This document shows positions 1 through 12,254 of a stretch of 64,000 nucleotides of DNA, piece after piece. The notes under the pieces are model-generated. The model had not been told where the DNA came from. It saw nothing but the letters and a program-made list of their open reading frames with translations, and made no database searches. The stretch covers positions 271,224-335,223 of the forward strand of contig NW_005434597.1 in assembly GCF_000315625.1 (NCBI RefSeq), written 5' to 3'. How positions within the stretch are numbered: the stretch's first letter is position 1; each line of letters begins with the position of its first letter. A program made the translations under genes and the position numbers. The stretch is from Guillardia theta CCMP2712 (Eukaryota; Protista; Cryptophyta).

Positions 1-859
1 ACACAAGGAGGAAATCATGGAAGGAAGACTTGCGGGATGAACATAACATAGAGCACATAAACCGGCATTCCCCCAGCAAGTGCCCGCCAAGCGGCGGCTG
101 GGAGCCCTTATGGAATGTCGAAACAGAAACCTCAACTTCTGAGCGCTGGGCGTCAAGGTTCGATCCCTTACACACGCCACGCCACCTCCAACAGAATAAC
201 GCTAGCTTTGATTTTATCAGCCCTGGTGCATCCAGCGCACCTCAGGCTCTTGGACGAGTCACGGCAGAGAGGCCTCGATGGAAGCCGTCTACCTGCCCTC
301 GAGCCTCGACACAGACAGCGAGGAGCTGCTCTCCTTCACCAGCACCTGCCCGTTCCGCCGTCTCGTCAGCCATGAAGCAGCTCCACGATCAAGCACAAGG
401 CAGCGTTGCTCGCTTACCCGCGTCTCCGGTAGGCGATGGAGAAGAGGCAGAAGTGACCCATCCTCCGTTACCAGGCACGACGACCCCATCACCGCAGCTC
501 CTCGACACTGTCATGTCATGTCAGCACCATATCTTCTTCTCCCTCACTGTCGGATCACTCCCGCCAGTCAGCTCTCTCCCTAGTCCCTGAGCCTCTATCT
601 TACTCCTCCTGCTTCCCCCGTCTACCCCTGCGTCTCTCCTTGGGTCGGTCTAGATTGGTCTGCGTGTCCGACCTTGCTGTAGGCTCTGCAGTATCTCGAG
701 CATCGCATGAAGCAATCGTCTTCCTCCCTCCCCAGCGGGCACCTCGTGTGCTCGACCGCGCCCGCCGACAGCCAGGCATCGAGCAGCTCGCGCAGGAGGC
801 ACAGGGACCTCTGCTCCGCCTAACATCAAATGGTCAGAGCAGGGAACACAAGAAGACAC

Positions 860-1700
860 ATGTCAGGTAGGACGCGTCAGGACGAGTGTCATTTCCCCTG
901 GTTGACCACCAGTTCGAGTCTGTGCTGCCAGTCCGCTGCTTTCATCGTGGACTTTCGTCCTCGACATCACTACTTACGTGAGTTCGGATGATTTCTGAAT
1001 TGATACTTGATGAATCGAGCACGAGGTAGTCCCACGATTTGTTCAGAAACTCCTCGCGGATGGTAGCCGTCGATCTGCGGGGATCAGAGGAAGGGATAGT
1101 TGCAGTGTCTTGTCTGTCCCTGGTTCCGTCAAGTTCAAACCTCATGCGATGTTCTCCGAGCAAAGACACATCTAGTGTGAGCTCTTTTATCTTGTCCAGC
1201 TGACTCTCTGCCTCTTTCCTGTCGATCACCTTGATTTCTTTTCCAATCTCGTCAAGCTTCCTGAGCCGGGCATCCACGGATTTAAGCCACCTCTCCCAGA
1301 AGTCGTCTTGAGCCTTGATGCAGGTAAGGAGCTCTCGTAAGCTCTATTCTTCCCTCTTTACCTTGTTCTGCTTCGCTACTGCAGCTTCGGTCTTGTCCAA
1401 CAGGGTTTGTGCTTGTTTCAACTGATCTTCAATCTCCTTGACCCTTTCCGAGGAACTGCAAGATGTTTTTGAGCAATTAATCGAGGACAACTGCGAGATG
1501 AAGCATATAATCACTTTTCAAAAGCGAAAAAGCCTTTGGTTCACCTGATTGATTTCATTGCGCAAAGTCTTCTCTTCTGATACAACACCCTAAGACCAAA
1601 GTTGAGGGTCACACAAATTGTACGGTAAATACTGAGCAGTGAAGACATGACAGTGTTCTTTGCCATACCATGCTACCATGCATCCATTCAAGATAGAGCG
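860..1700 (-). CDS. Hypothetical multi-exon coiled-coil protein (ends uncertain)
   Basis: Open minus frame ~980-1460 reads QLKQAQTLLDKTEAAVAKQNKVKREENRAYE...DARLRKLDEIGKEIK; flanking exon GVVSEEKTLRNEINQ (~1546-1590) with GT-AG boundaries; no family recognised. Confidence 0.45.
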
Positions 1701-2067
1701 ATAGAGAGCATGCTGGCCATCCTTCACAAACCATGTGATGCGATCCAGCATTGTTGCCAGTACCGAACTCTACGAAACATCAACAAGTTATGATTAACTT
1801 AGCGTCATGACCAGTGAAGACCACGCTGAGGGTAGTAATACCTGGAGGACTCACAACATGATGGTTGTGCTCGTAGATCGCATCTGAGCCGGTTCCGTTC
1901 AACATCGCTGCTGTCATCGCCGTGAGCATCATCCATCGCAGCATGGTAGATAACTCAGTTTCCTGACTGTCGGGACAACCCAAAAATGTTTCCCCCATAC
2001 CCCTCAGACTTTTCAGCAAAAAGGAGGGAGAGACTCCTGTAATTTCAGGAGGACCATCGGTAAAGGT

Positions 2068-2139
2068 CGCCGCGTCTGGGAATTGAACCCAGGTCTCCCG
2101 CGTGACAGGCGGGGATACTAACCACTATACTAACACGGC
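2068..2139 (-). tRNA. trnD: tRNA-Asp (GTC)
   Basis: Reverse complement GCCGTGTTAGTATAGTGGTTAGTATCCCCGCCTGTCACGCGGGAGACCTGGGTTCAATTCCCAGACGCGGCG: 72 nt cloverleaf, acceptor GCCGTGT/ACGCGGC, anticodon stem CCCGC/GCGGG with loop CTGTCAC, T-loop GTTCAATTC. Confidence 0.97.
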
Positions 2140-2428
2140 CTCAGATGAGAGGCTCGCCCTGTCAGGGTGGGGTCCATACAGTTTATGTACTTGGTTCGGT
2201 TTCCTCGTTCGGCTCCCCCTTCCTACTAGTCCATCTCATAGCAAGCATGTGAGTAGTCATCATCTGAGACGTGGTTCGTTCTTCTCTTTCATCTCTTTCC
2301 ATGGGAACCTGGATCTCTCACATGAGCAACAGTGAGATGCAAGACTCGAGATATGCAAAAGCACGTACAAGAAGCCTTGAATTGAATTGAGAGACCCAAG
2401 TTTCTTTCCTCACTGGATCACTGAAATT

Positions 2429-2783
2429 TCACTTGTAGTGAGAAGATATCAGCTTACAAATGTACAGACTGATGTGCATTTGGTGATTTTTTTTGAGTTG
2501 TATTTCAAGTGGGGAAAGCAGGTATGACACCATCGAGGAAAGGATCGCTTTCACTGAGGCTTTTCTTCGCATCCAGAGCGTATACGCTTCTTGCACGCGC
2601 ATACAAGATGTTTCAGCTATCAATGTCGTGTCAGATTAGCAGATCCGAGGTGCAACCTGCACATCGTTGATGAGTCTAGGCATGGCTTCATCGTTTGAAC
2701 TTTCTGGTCTGTGAGGGGCCCACAAACAAATGTTTGACGATGCACATCGCCCTGTGGAATACTCACTTTTGCGGCTTGACCAT
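2429..2783 (-). CDS. Possible small spliced hypothetical gene
   Basis: ATG at 2783 followed by a GTGAGT donor and further GT-AG-bounded short exons; reading frame ambiguous. Confidence 0.25.
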
Positions 2784-2908
2784 TAAATAGCGCACCGTGG
2801 CATAGGATGAGGCGGTGGAGGATTCACGGGTTATTCCACCGGTATAGTTGAAAAGCTGTTCCACAGTGGCAGCAGACTGTAGCGGGCAGGCGACAGACTC
2901 TGACCCAA

Positions 2909-2941
2909 GTCCTCGTACTGATTTTTAACTTCACTTTGAGT
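2909..2941 (+). repeat. Dispersed intergenic motif, copy 1
   Basis: GTCCTCGTACTGATTTTTAACTTCACTTTGAGT, near-identical to copies at 39892-39998 and 50250-50297. Confidence 0.9.
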
Positions 2942-3741
2942 TATAAATTCCTCTTGATGGACCCAGGACTTGAAGTGCCGGTCGGCCCGGGCATCAGATA
3001 TAAACACTCGGGATGAACCCCCTTGTGTTTTTTTTTATGGGCGCCAGTTTATAAAGTTTTAAATAGAGATCCCCTATAACTAGATCCACAAAAAATATTT
3101 ATATGTATAAAACTGTTTTCTGATATATCAATTAGATGTACAAATTGCAGTAGAGTAAAACTTGTTGAAACTACATCGTACAATTTATATATATTGTTTA
3201 AGTGTAATAAACAGAACAATACTTTTTGTTTTAAAACAATTTAAAATACGTCCTACGTACCACAGAGTTGCACATTGCTACCCAACCCCCTGGTTCCACC
3301 CCCCCGTTTCCCAATTAACTACTAGTACCCCTTCAAAAAGTCCACCCCACTTTTTGTATAGGATTAGACCAGTACTCCCTCCCTGAGATAAGACTACCAC
3401 TACCCTACCCATTACCACACAATGGGTTCCTGCCTCTCAACAATATACCAGGATAGCATCAGCATAATCTCTTTCCAAAGCAAAATGGCAGGGCAAAGCT
3501 TTGAAGAACCTACGATGGGGTAGGTGGTACATGGTATGCATTGGAGCATACACCTACCCTCCCCTCAAATTGACAGACTAGCCAACCGAAGAGTAACGTG
3601 ATTATCATGAAGAATATGTTTTTCGTGTGCGACCATCTGAAATATTGATTTTAAATTTGTACCAATCTCGAATTCTTTTATACTCGCCCCCGTCCTCTCT
3701 CGTCCGCCCCCCCATCGTCTACCACCAGGCACCCATCAGCC

Positions 3742-5343
3742 ATGCACACACGGGCGAGTGCTGGAGGGTCGGAGGTAGGATGAATGATTGTAGCTCGTTA
3801 CTTTCAAACTATCTTGCTTCTCATCACTCATTGTCTTCGCACACAATATCCTTCGTTGCTCTTGATTGCGATTTCTTACAGGACTCTAGTGGGTCTTGTT
3901 TGAAGAGCGTGGGCGTGGACCTCGACGTGAGAATCGCCTCGTACGATCTTGATTCTTCTTCTCCACAAGAAAAGGACTTGTCGCTTGTGTGGGTGAGACG
4001 GAGAATGTCCTTCCTTTCCTTTTGTTGACGTGTTCATAGGCTCTGTGTGAGCACTTCGGAACCCGAGAAGGAGATGAGAAAGAGATAACGTCTTCTACTT
4101 CCTTCAGAAAGTTGCCTTCTTTGCCGAGCTTGGCAGAAGTTGAAGAGACAGACGAAGACGCCTATGAAACATCCTGCACTTCCACCCCATCTTCTATGAT
4201 GATGAGCGACTTTGGGTTCAACAGCGACAACCGATCTTCTGGTAGTAGCGACGAATCTTCTTCACAGGAGAAAGTCAGGTTCAAGGTTCTGTCAGACTTC
4301 ATGAACCAGCCCACTAGTCATACCATCATGGTGAAGAGAGAAGCGATCCAAGTGGAGTACAAGTCATCGACGCTGGGGAGATACGGGGTGTACTACGACG
4401 CAGTATGGAAGAACAGCAAGTGTTCCGTCCTGGTGCTTGACATGAAGATCAGCAAGGAATTCAAACGAGAAGAAGCCATCGGTCTCCTTGAAGACTTGGT
4501 CGATCTTCGACATCCTCATATCCAGATGTATCATGGTCCTGTTGCCGTCCCTCTCAACGAGACCTCGGTCTGGGTGCTTGCAGAGCTCAGTACCATGACG
4601 ATGGAGATGAGGGTCAAGGCAAGGCCCATCTCGAAGCGTTTGGTTCATAGGTGGGCATTGCAACTTTGCCGTGCTCTTTCTTTCCTTCATTCGTCTTCTC
4701 CTGCTTTCTTCTTCGGCCGGCTGGAGCCTCAAGACCTGATCCTGGACGACCACGACCATGTCAAGGTTGCGGATGTTGGCCTTAAGATGGCGTTGAGAAA
4801 GAGGGGGATGATGAAGACGTACAAGCACAGACTTAACCTCAATTGCAATGATTACTCTGCTCCTGAAGTGATACGAGGAGATATGTTCGGCGCAGAAGCA
4901 GATATTTACAGGCAAGCGATGGTGGTCTTTGTGTGGGCCTTGACACCTTGTGATTAGCTTTGGGAAGATCTTTCTCTTCATTCTGTGCAACAGAAATAGG
5001 GGAAAGGTGAGAGATTGCTCGAGGGTTTGTCCATCCAGCTCACTGTCAAGCAGGCGCTTGCTCACCTCACAAAGTTCTTGTCATGGAAATGCGGAACCAA
5101 GGACCTTCTCATGGTGCTTGCGCGCTATTTCTTTTCTCTCCTGCTCTCTCATTAGTGTGCAGAGCTGCTGCTCACAGGTTGTAGAAGAAAGACCACCTCT
5201 GAAGGAGATTATGGAAAGGTACACCGATCAGAAACGATGCCTGATGCACTGATGGGTCGATCTAACTGGCCTTGAGCAGACTGGATGAGATGAAGCAGAA
5301 TGAAGACAAGAAGGAAAACAAGCCTCCGTGCCAACTGCAATAG
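3742..5343 (+). CDS. TKL-like protein pseudokinase with C-terminal CaaX box (multi-exon)
   Basis: Kinase subdomains: LRHPHIQMYHG, WALQLCRALSFLHS, VKVADVGL, YSAPEVIRG, ADIY|SFG, RPPLKEIMERL. Spliced C-terminus KKENKPPCQLQ*. Exons 3742-3774, 3882-3991, 4040-4911, 4958 onward. Confidence 0.85.
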
Positions 5344-5922
5344 CGCTCTGTAACTTACAAGCTTGTTTATTTTAATCTTTTGTACATACTTGTAGACTGG
5401 ATGAATAGAATTATTCTTTGTGATCGATATTCATGATGATCGGATTGTTGACTGCGCGAACTCCGAACTCACAGATCCTGAGGCTCGTTACGAATTGTTC
5501 GCGGATTTTGATCGAGTAGAACATTCCTCTTTGCAACTGAGACTGCACTGTACCGGGAGATTCGCAGTAGTGACTCAACGACAGTACGGTAACTCGATGC
5601 CACCGTTGAAAGCTTGACAGTTGATCGTGTCACTTGCTGTCTTCAGCATCTCTTATACCAGTAATCTGAGGAGGACTTGAATATTTGTTGAGTAAAACTG
5701 AATTCGCATGTGCGGACGAAATTTGCGATGCTAGACTGAGAGGAGGGAGGAGGGAGGAGGTAGAGAAGATATTCATGCAGAACCTTGAGTGCCAGTATCC
5801 ACCTATTCACCAGGAACACACCTTGCAAATGTGCGATTGCATGTAGTTTGCTATCACGAGCAAGGAGCTGGAGGGATAAGTCGTGTACTAGACAGAACAG
5901 GCTGGTCTGTTGTCGATAGTGT

Positions 5923-7552
5923 ATGGACATCGATCCTGTCTTCCAACCCACCCACGAGCGAGACATGCAACAAGAAGAGGAAACTACAACCCCTCTCAAT
6001 TCTGCGGATACACAAGGAGAGGAAACTACCACCCCTCTCACTCCTGCGGAAGTGGTTGTCTTGGCTTGTAGAATGTGCAGGTTCACCCTCTGCAAGGAGC
6101 AGGACCTGTTACAAGACGAGATCAACTACGGGACTGACAGCGGCTCCTTCTTCCTCGAGAGTCCTGTCGACTGGATGGACAACGTGGCGGGAGACACGGA
6201 GGGTAAGCTCTGCTGCCCAAAGTGCTCTGCCAGGATCGGTCGGCTGAGCTGGGTGGGGTATCAAGCTCTGCCTCACCGGTGGATCACTCCTGCTATCATG
6301 CTGACTCGCAGCAAAGTTGATGTCATGCGCCTCTCTTGCGATATGCACGCTCAGCAGTCAGGCGCACAGGAGCATGATAAACAGGAGGGGGGGCAGGAGG
6401 CGGAAGGGACGATCCAGGAGGAGGTGAAGGAGCAGTTGGAGGAGAAGATGAGCAAGGTAGGAGGAAAGGAAGGGCAGCATGAGGTCGATCTGGAGGGCCC
6501 TTCAACCCATGCGTCCCCTGCTGTATCATCGACGTGCTCGCATGCTCAGGTTTCCCAGGAGGAAGATGTTTTCCCAGGTTTGAGATGATGGACCCTTCCG
6601 CTGAGCTCCCTCATGAATGTGCCACAGAGTTGCTGGAGTTCGAGAAGAAACAACCAAAGGCGAAGCAGCTCGCGCCGTCCAGGGCAAAGGCCTCGAAGAA
6701 AGCATCCAAGTACACAGACGAAGAGTTGAGCACTATGGACATGTTGGTGAGACATCTTATCAACACTCGATGCCTTCATTCCTGACAACATTGTGATGAT
6801 GATAGAAACTTGTGGAACTTCTGGACAACGGGGAAGTTGAGATGGACCGCATCATCGAAGCCATGGACAAGGTGAGAGCTTAACCGGTATGAATGAGCCT
6901 CGCTGATTGATGCTGTCAGGCAGCTGCCAAGAAGAAGGCAGAGGAGAGGAAGAAGCTGGACCTCAATGACCCCAAGGTGAGTGAGCGGAGGAGAAGAGGG
7001 TGGAGCGCTTGCATGAAACGTTGTGCGCTGCAGGTCTTGATGAAGGTGGTGATGGAGGAGATAGGAGATCGACAAGAGTTCATGAAGTTTCGAGAGGTCA
7101 GTACCGCCCTCTGCTGCCCAACGTGACAGAGCCCTTGGGCAGGGATGTGGAGAGCTCAAGAGAAACGAGATCTCGGCTGAGGTCTGTGTTGATGAAGGAC
7201 GTCGTACGTAGCTCACCCGGTGTGCAGGACTACTTCTACAAGTTCCCTGCTTCTCTGATCAAACTTCACGATGCGGAGCTGCTGGAGGTCGAGGAGGAGG
7301 AGGGAGGGAGGAGGGAGGAGGACGAGGGAGGAGGGAGGAGGGAGGATGACGAGGGAGGAGGAGGAGGGAGAAGGACGAGGAGGAGGAGGAGGAGGAGGAG
7401 GAGGAGGAGGAGGAGGAGGAGGAGGAGGAGGAGGAAGCAGTTGCATGCAGCTTACTCTGAGTTTACAGCTAGTCCTAAAAGCTCTTCCGGAGGAAGGGAA
7501 GCGGCAGGAGGTACTGAAGCTGGTCAAGGACGCAGTGTCGGAGGAGTTCTGA
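5923..7552 (+). CDS. Protein with YVH1/DUSP12-type zinc-binding domain and charged helical tail (multi-exon)
   Basis: LACRMCR...FFLESPVDWM...EGKLCCPKCSARIGRLSWVG...WITPAIMLTRSKVD matches the DUSP12/YVH1 C-terminal domain; downstream exons splice in frame (ELLEFEKK; KLVELLDNG; LVLKALPEEG...EEF*). Confidence 0.7.
7376..7435 (+). repeat. (GAG)n intronic microsatellite
   Basis: About 20 GAG/GGA units. Confidence 0.95.
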
Positions 7553-8056
7553 GACAGCCAAGAGCTGGCGAATGACCGGGGAAGGGATCCGTTGCCATCT
7601 GTGCTTGATGTAGAGGACGCGAGGAGGCTAAAAAGAGCTTGTGATGATGCTAACGAACTAGTTTCACATGAAATTACGACAACTGGAAGCCCAAAGTCTT
7701 CTTGTGTCGATCGTTGGAACAAGACGCAGATGATCCATCTCCCCTCTTCTCTCTTGTTGTCTCTTTCTCATCAAGTCAAGAAGTTCTCACGTGCTCTTCA
7801 TCATTGCTCCATGTCGTCCTTCATTATCTCTCTGGATTACGAATGGTACGGTACCCCACTACCCCTTATATCTCCAATAACTACCCCGCCGAGTGTGGAA
7901 GCGTCTGTTCCCTTGTCCTACTGGTAGAGACGCGATGTCGGAGGGAGAGGGAGGAGAGCGAATGAAGAGGAAGGGGGTGGGCAGGGGAGGAGAGGAGCAC
8001 ACAAGAAGAGGCTGAGGTAAGAGAGGAGGAGGATGAAGTGAGGAAGAAGAAACGTC

Positions 8057-9598
8057 ATGACTGAGAGGGTGCTATGGCTCAACGTCAGCCTGGAGGAAAC
8101 TATCATGCCCGTGCATCGTGACGGAGGGCCCAAGGCTGTAGAGGATCTGATCAACGTGCTCATAGCAAGAGCCGCCTACATCCGGCAGATCAAGGCTCCT
8201 GAGGGAAGTGACCCGACGGCAAGCCTTGAGAACCTGGAGGACTTCGATCGCCTTCACCCCACTTACTGTTGGCATGACTCCAGCCCTCTACGGGTGGTCG
8301 ACCGACAGGCAGGTCACCATGCAGCGGTCCCTCCGCTAGTCAGAAGCATTATCTCCTCCTCCACCTCCAGCCACATGCCGCAGTCCATCCGCTTCATCGG
8401 GTACCCTCCTAGCGACTCGGTGTCATGCTTCGACGTGCTGGGCGAGGCCAACAGCAAGAAGTTCACGAGTGAAGGGCCGGGAAGGATCTACAGGAACTTT
8501 CTCGAGGACCTGATGCAGCTCATCGAATGGCCGAGCGACGTTCCTCGCACACAAGGTAATCTCCCTCCCCTCTCCCTCTCCCTCTCCCTCTCCTTCACCT
8601 TCTCCCTCTCCCTCTCCTTCTCTCTTTCTCTCTCTCTCCCTCCCTCCCTCTCCCTCTCCCTCTCCCTCTCCCTCCCCTCTCCCTCTCCCCCTCCCTCTTC
8701 GTTCCCTCGTGCGCATGCTCTCCTGAGCAGCTGCTGCTGCCCTGCAGGCCTCACCCTGGAGGAGTCGCAGCGCCATTACCATCTGATCCTGCCTTCCTTC
8801 CTCAACTTGCTGAGCTTTCTCAGCGCAGAGACGAGGAACTTCGTCATGTTCCTTCGCTCCCTGGGGCCCAACATCGAGGCTGCTGCTCGGGCGCTAGACA
8901 TCTTCTCATGGGGGAAGCATCCGATGCACGTCAACGTCAACTTGCACCTGCTGTCTAAGTCGAGGAGGTACTCCGACCACATCAGTTGGAAGTTTGAGCA
9001 TGCAGGGGAGGGGGCAAGCGCTCCGGTCGTGCTCAAGAGCTGCAGCGAGCAAGGAATCGAGCTCGACACGCCCGAGAAGATTTACCAACTGCTTCATCGC
9101 GCCAGCGGGATGGGGATGGTGGAAGATATTGAGCACTGGGACAGGAACAAGTGTCATTTTGCTGCTGGGAAGAAGCTACTCTTCACCAAGGATGACAAGA
9201 AGGTAAGTTGACCTCCTCTTGTTGGTGCCTGATCCGATCAATTTTCAGGTCCATCCAGTCATCTTTGACGCTAACCACCTTCCCCCTCAACGCCACGCCA
9301 AGGGAGAGAAGCTGTCGGAACAGAGCTCGATTGCAATCTTGTACAGAGAAAAGACCACAGACAAGTTTCAAACTCTGCGGTATCTCGACATGCTGGCTCT
9401 TGAGAACATGCTGTTTGTCAAGGTCGATGTGCTCCAGGCAAGACTCTTGGGAAGAGCTTGCAATGATATACTCAAGCTGCGCATGAACAGGCGATGCTGG
9501 ATCCCCAGTACTTTATCCAGTGCTTCAAGCAGTGCGACAGCAACTTCATGCGATTGAACGAGGAGCTACAACACTTCCGCCCCCACTTGTCACACTGA
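8057..9598 (+). CDS. Hypothetical protein (multi-exon; 5' end uncertain)
   Basis: Long protein-like ORF interrupted by a (CCCTCT)n intron ~8555-8748; later exons end ...LNEELQHFRPHLSH*; no family recognised. Confidence 0.6.
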
Positions 9599-9690
9599 TT
9601 CATCGTGACAAGCCGTCTCAAACTTCAAGCCTGGTCTGCTGCCAATTGTCAGGGCGGGCAGGATCGCTAACTGGTGCCGAAACTCCATGA

Positions 9691-11580
9691 TCAAAGTGAG
9701 ACATGATCGTACGTGTTGATGAACATGCACGTTTGTGTGATCCACATGCACACTGGCAAGTCACAAAGGGAAAACGAGCTTGCAATCAAAAACAATAAAT
9801 AATTGAAAACTACAGAGATGGTCGGCAGGGCATCGCGCCTCCAAGCCTTAGATCTGCGACGGAGGGTTGTAGGTGGGGATGTAGCCAGCAGGCTGGTATC
9901 CCATCCCTGTTGACGCGGCCTGCAAAGATGAGAGAAGTGTGAAGGGTGTGGGAGAAGAACATGTAGTCTCACGTTCTCATACGTCGAACTCTTGATGAGA
10001 CTGCTCTGCACTGTGACAACCGAAGTCAAGCTTGACCTAAACGAATGCTGATGACAAACCTTTGTTCATGTTCGCTGCAACGCTGCTCGCCGCCATTCCC
10101 TGGGGAGGATCAGCACGCTTGCGACGTCTTCCTCCCTCCACCTTCTTCTGCTCGATCACATCCCGCAACCCCTTGAAAGCGCCATCGACAGCAACGCTGA
10201 GTACAAAAGTCGGTAAGGGACAGAGAACAAGAGCCAAAATGGCAGGGGAGCATGGACGTGACACATCGTATCGATCATCTCATCTCCAGTACCTCGCAAG
10301 CTGACGTGCTTGCCGATCGATCTCTGTAACGATGCTGGGAGAACAGGGGATGTCCCTTGGACACGCTCTTGCTCTGATGTTTCCTAGCGATTGTTGTTAC
10401 AACAAGCACAGAAAGCTCCTCCTCTGTTTTCTCACCAGCGATTGAGTTCTCGGAGCAAACATGGTTCTCATCGCAAATCTTGAGGTCGACAAGCTTGTGA
10501 TAAACCTGCAGAGCATCAACGCACATGTCAAGTGAGACAAGTGAGACAAGTCAGCCTACCATGTTAGAGATCAACTTCTTGTACTTTTCTGACTCGTTCT
10601 CTAGCACCAGCACCTTAGAACGCAATCAGCACCGTTGCATTGGAGGGCACTGAGGCCACAACACTTCATGTCACACCATGCCAATGTGGACTGGTTTAGT
10701 TGGATGCTTCTTGGCCCAGCCATCGATCTCCTTCCAAGTCAACCTGACGACACAAGACTTGTCAACCAACAGGCAAGATTGTCATGCTTGTTGAACTTAC
10801 GACTGAGCTTCCATGAGAGCAGGTCCCTCCATGAGATGCTGGAGGAGGCAAGGTAAGGAAAGAAACAAGGAGTTATCAACAGTCTAACTTTGATCAGAAC
10901 CCTCCTGTTCGCCAGGTCGACATCCTGCGACTTCTTCTCCTTCGGTTGATTGAGAACTAACGCCAACTCGTCAACCCATCGGATCTCCCAACTCGACAAG
11001 TCAAACCTCCCCATGGCCCCGACAGGTTGTTGCATGCTTCCCCGCAGTGCATCTGCGGCACTGTTATGAGACTCTCGCTCACATACTCGTGCCGATCATA
11101 CCGCAACTCGCATCCACAGGTAGTAACAAGAAGCGCCAACCACTGATATGTGACGACGTTACACCCGTCCCTCCTCCTCCTCCCTCCTCACCAACGAGGA
11201 TGATCAGTCCACAAGACAGGTACTTGCAGATGGTCTTCTTCTCGTCCGCGGCTTCTAGCACTTCCATCCTGACAACGAGTCGACCATGAACAACCAAGTC
11301 GCAAAGCAGTCACGCCAAATACCTGCTCCTTTCCTCTCTGACTGCCCAGTTCTCCATACCGATAACCTTGGGATCTTCGGTGAGCACACAGGAGGAAAGG
11401 AAGAACCAGCCAAGAAGCAAGGGCGGAGGGAGGGCTGAGGATGTTTGTGTAGAGGGAGAGTAGCATGACTACGTCTGGTGGACTTACAGCACGAGGGTCG
11501 GAGATGCTGCCGTACCGATCATCGGCAGGATGCCTGAGTGACACTTTTATCAATCCTGCATATGAATTCCAGCCATGACT
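9691..11580 (-). CDS. Hypothetical multi-exon gene(s)
   Basis: Protein-like exon fragments with GT-AG borders (VYHKLVDLKICDENHVC..., LLENESEKYKKLISNM, FKGLRDVIEQKKVE...); may be more than one gene. Confidence 0.4.
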
Positions 11581-12254
11581 AACTCGTCTTCCTCCCCTCC
11601 TTCCATCTCTTGTCCTCCTGCCTCTCCTCATCTCTTCTCGCCTTGCTTCTGCCCCTGGACCAACCATGGAGCCATCAGATAAGTGCCTGTGCTTCTTCAT
11701 CCCTTCAACCTCCCTTCCACTCTCATCGTCTGTTCAACTCTTCCTTCTCTCCTCCCCCCCCCCCCTTGCCTCGTCCTCCTCCTCATCATCATCCTGCCCC
11801 TTCCTGCACGTTACCTGTCGCTCCCCGACATTCCTGTCAGACCGGCCCGCCTCACCAGTGCTCAGACCAGCCCGCCTCATCAGTGACACCCACCCCATTC
11901 GAGGAATTTGCAGCCACCCACCCCTCCTTATACTCTCAAGTTGTGGAAGAAGGTGGGGTACCACAAGAACACTCTGATGCATGGGGGAGGGTGTAGCTGG
12001 GGAGAGGTCATGACCCACCACCCCCATACTGCTTGACCCCTACCCCTGAATTACACCCCCACCCCCTTCTAATCCTTCCTCATTGATGATGCATAACCCC
12101 GTTCTTTCAGCCAAGATGGTCGATGATGAAGAGACCACCCCCACCTCCTGGAATGGCGGAATAAGAGTACCCCCACCCACCAATTTTCCTATTAATCACC
12201 CCCACCCTACCACCCCCCTTGCACATCCACCAAGTGAGAAAAGTATTGAGGGCA

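Noticed and set aside
30-870. Overlapping ORFs at the window start
   Set aside because: No recognisable domain; strand and exon structure could not be established
2035-2052. Short hairpin CTCCTG-TAATTT-CAGGAG downstream of tRNA-Asp
   Set aside because: A 6-bp stem is expected by chance; Pol III terminates at T-runs
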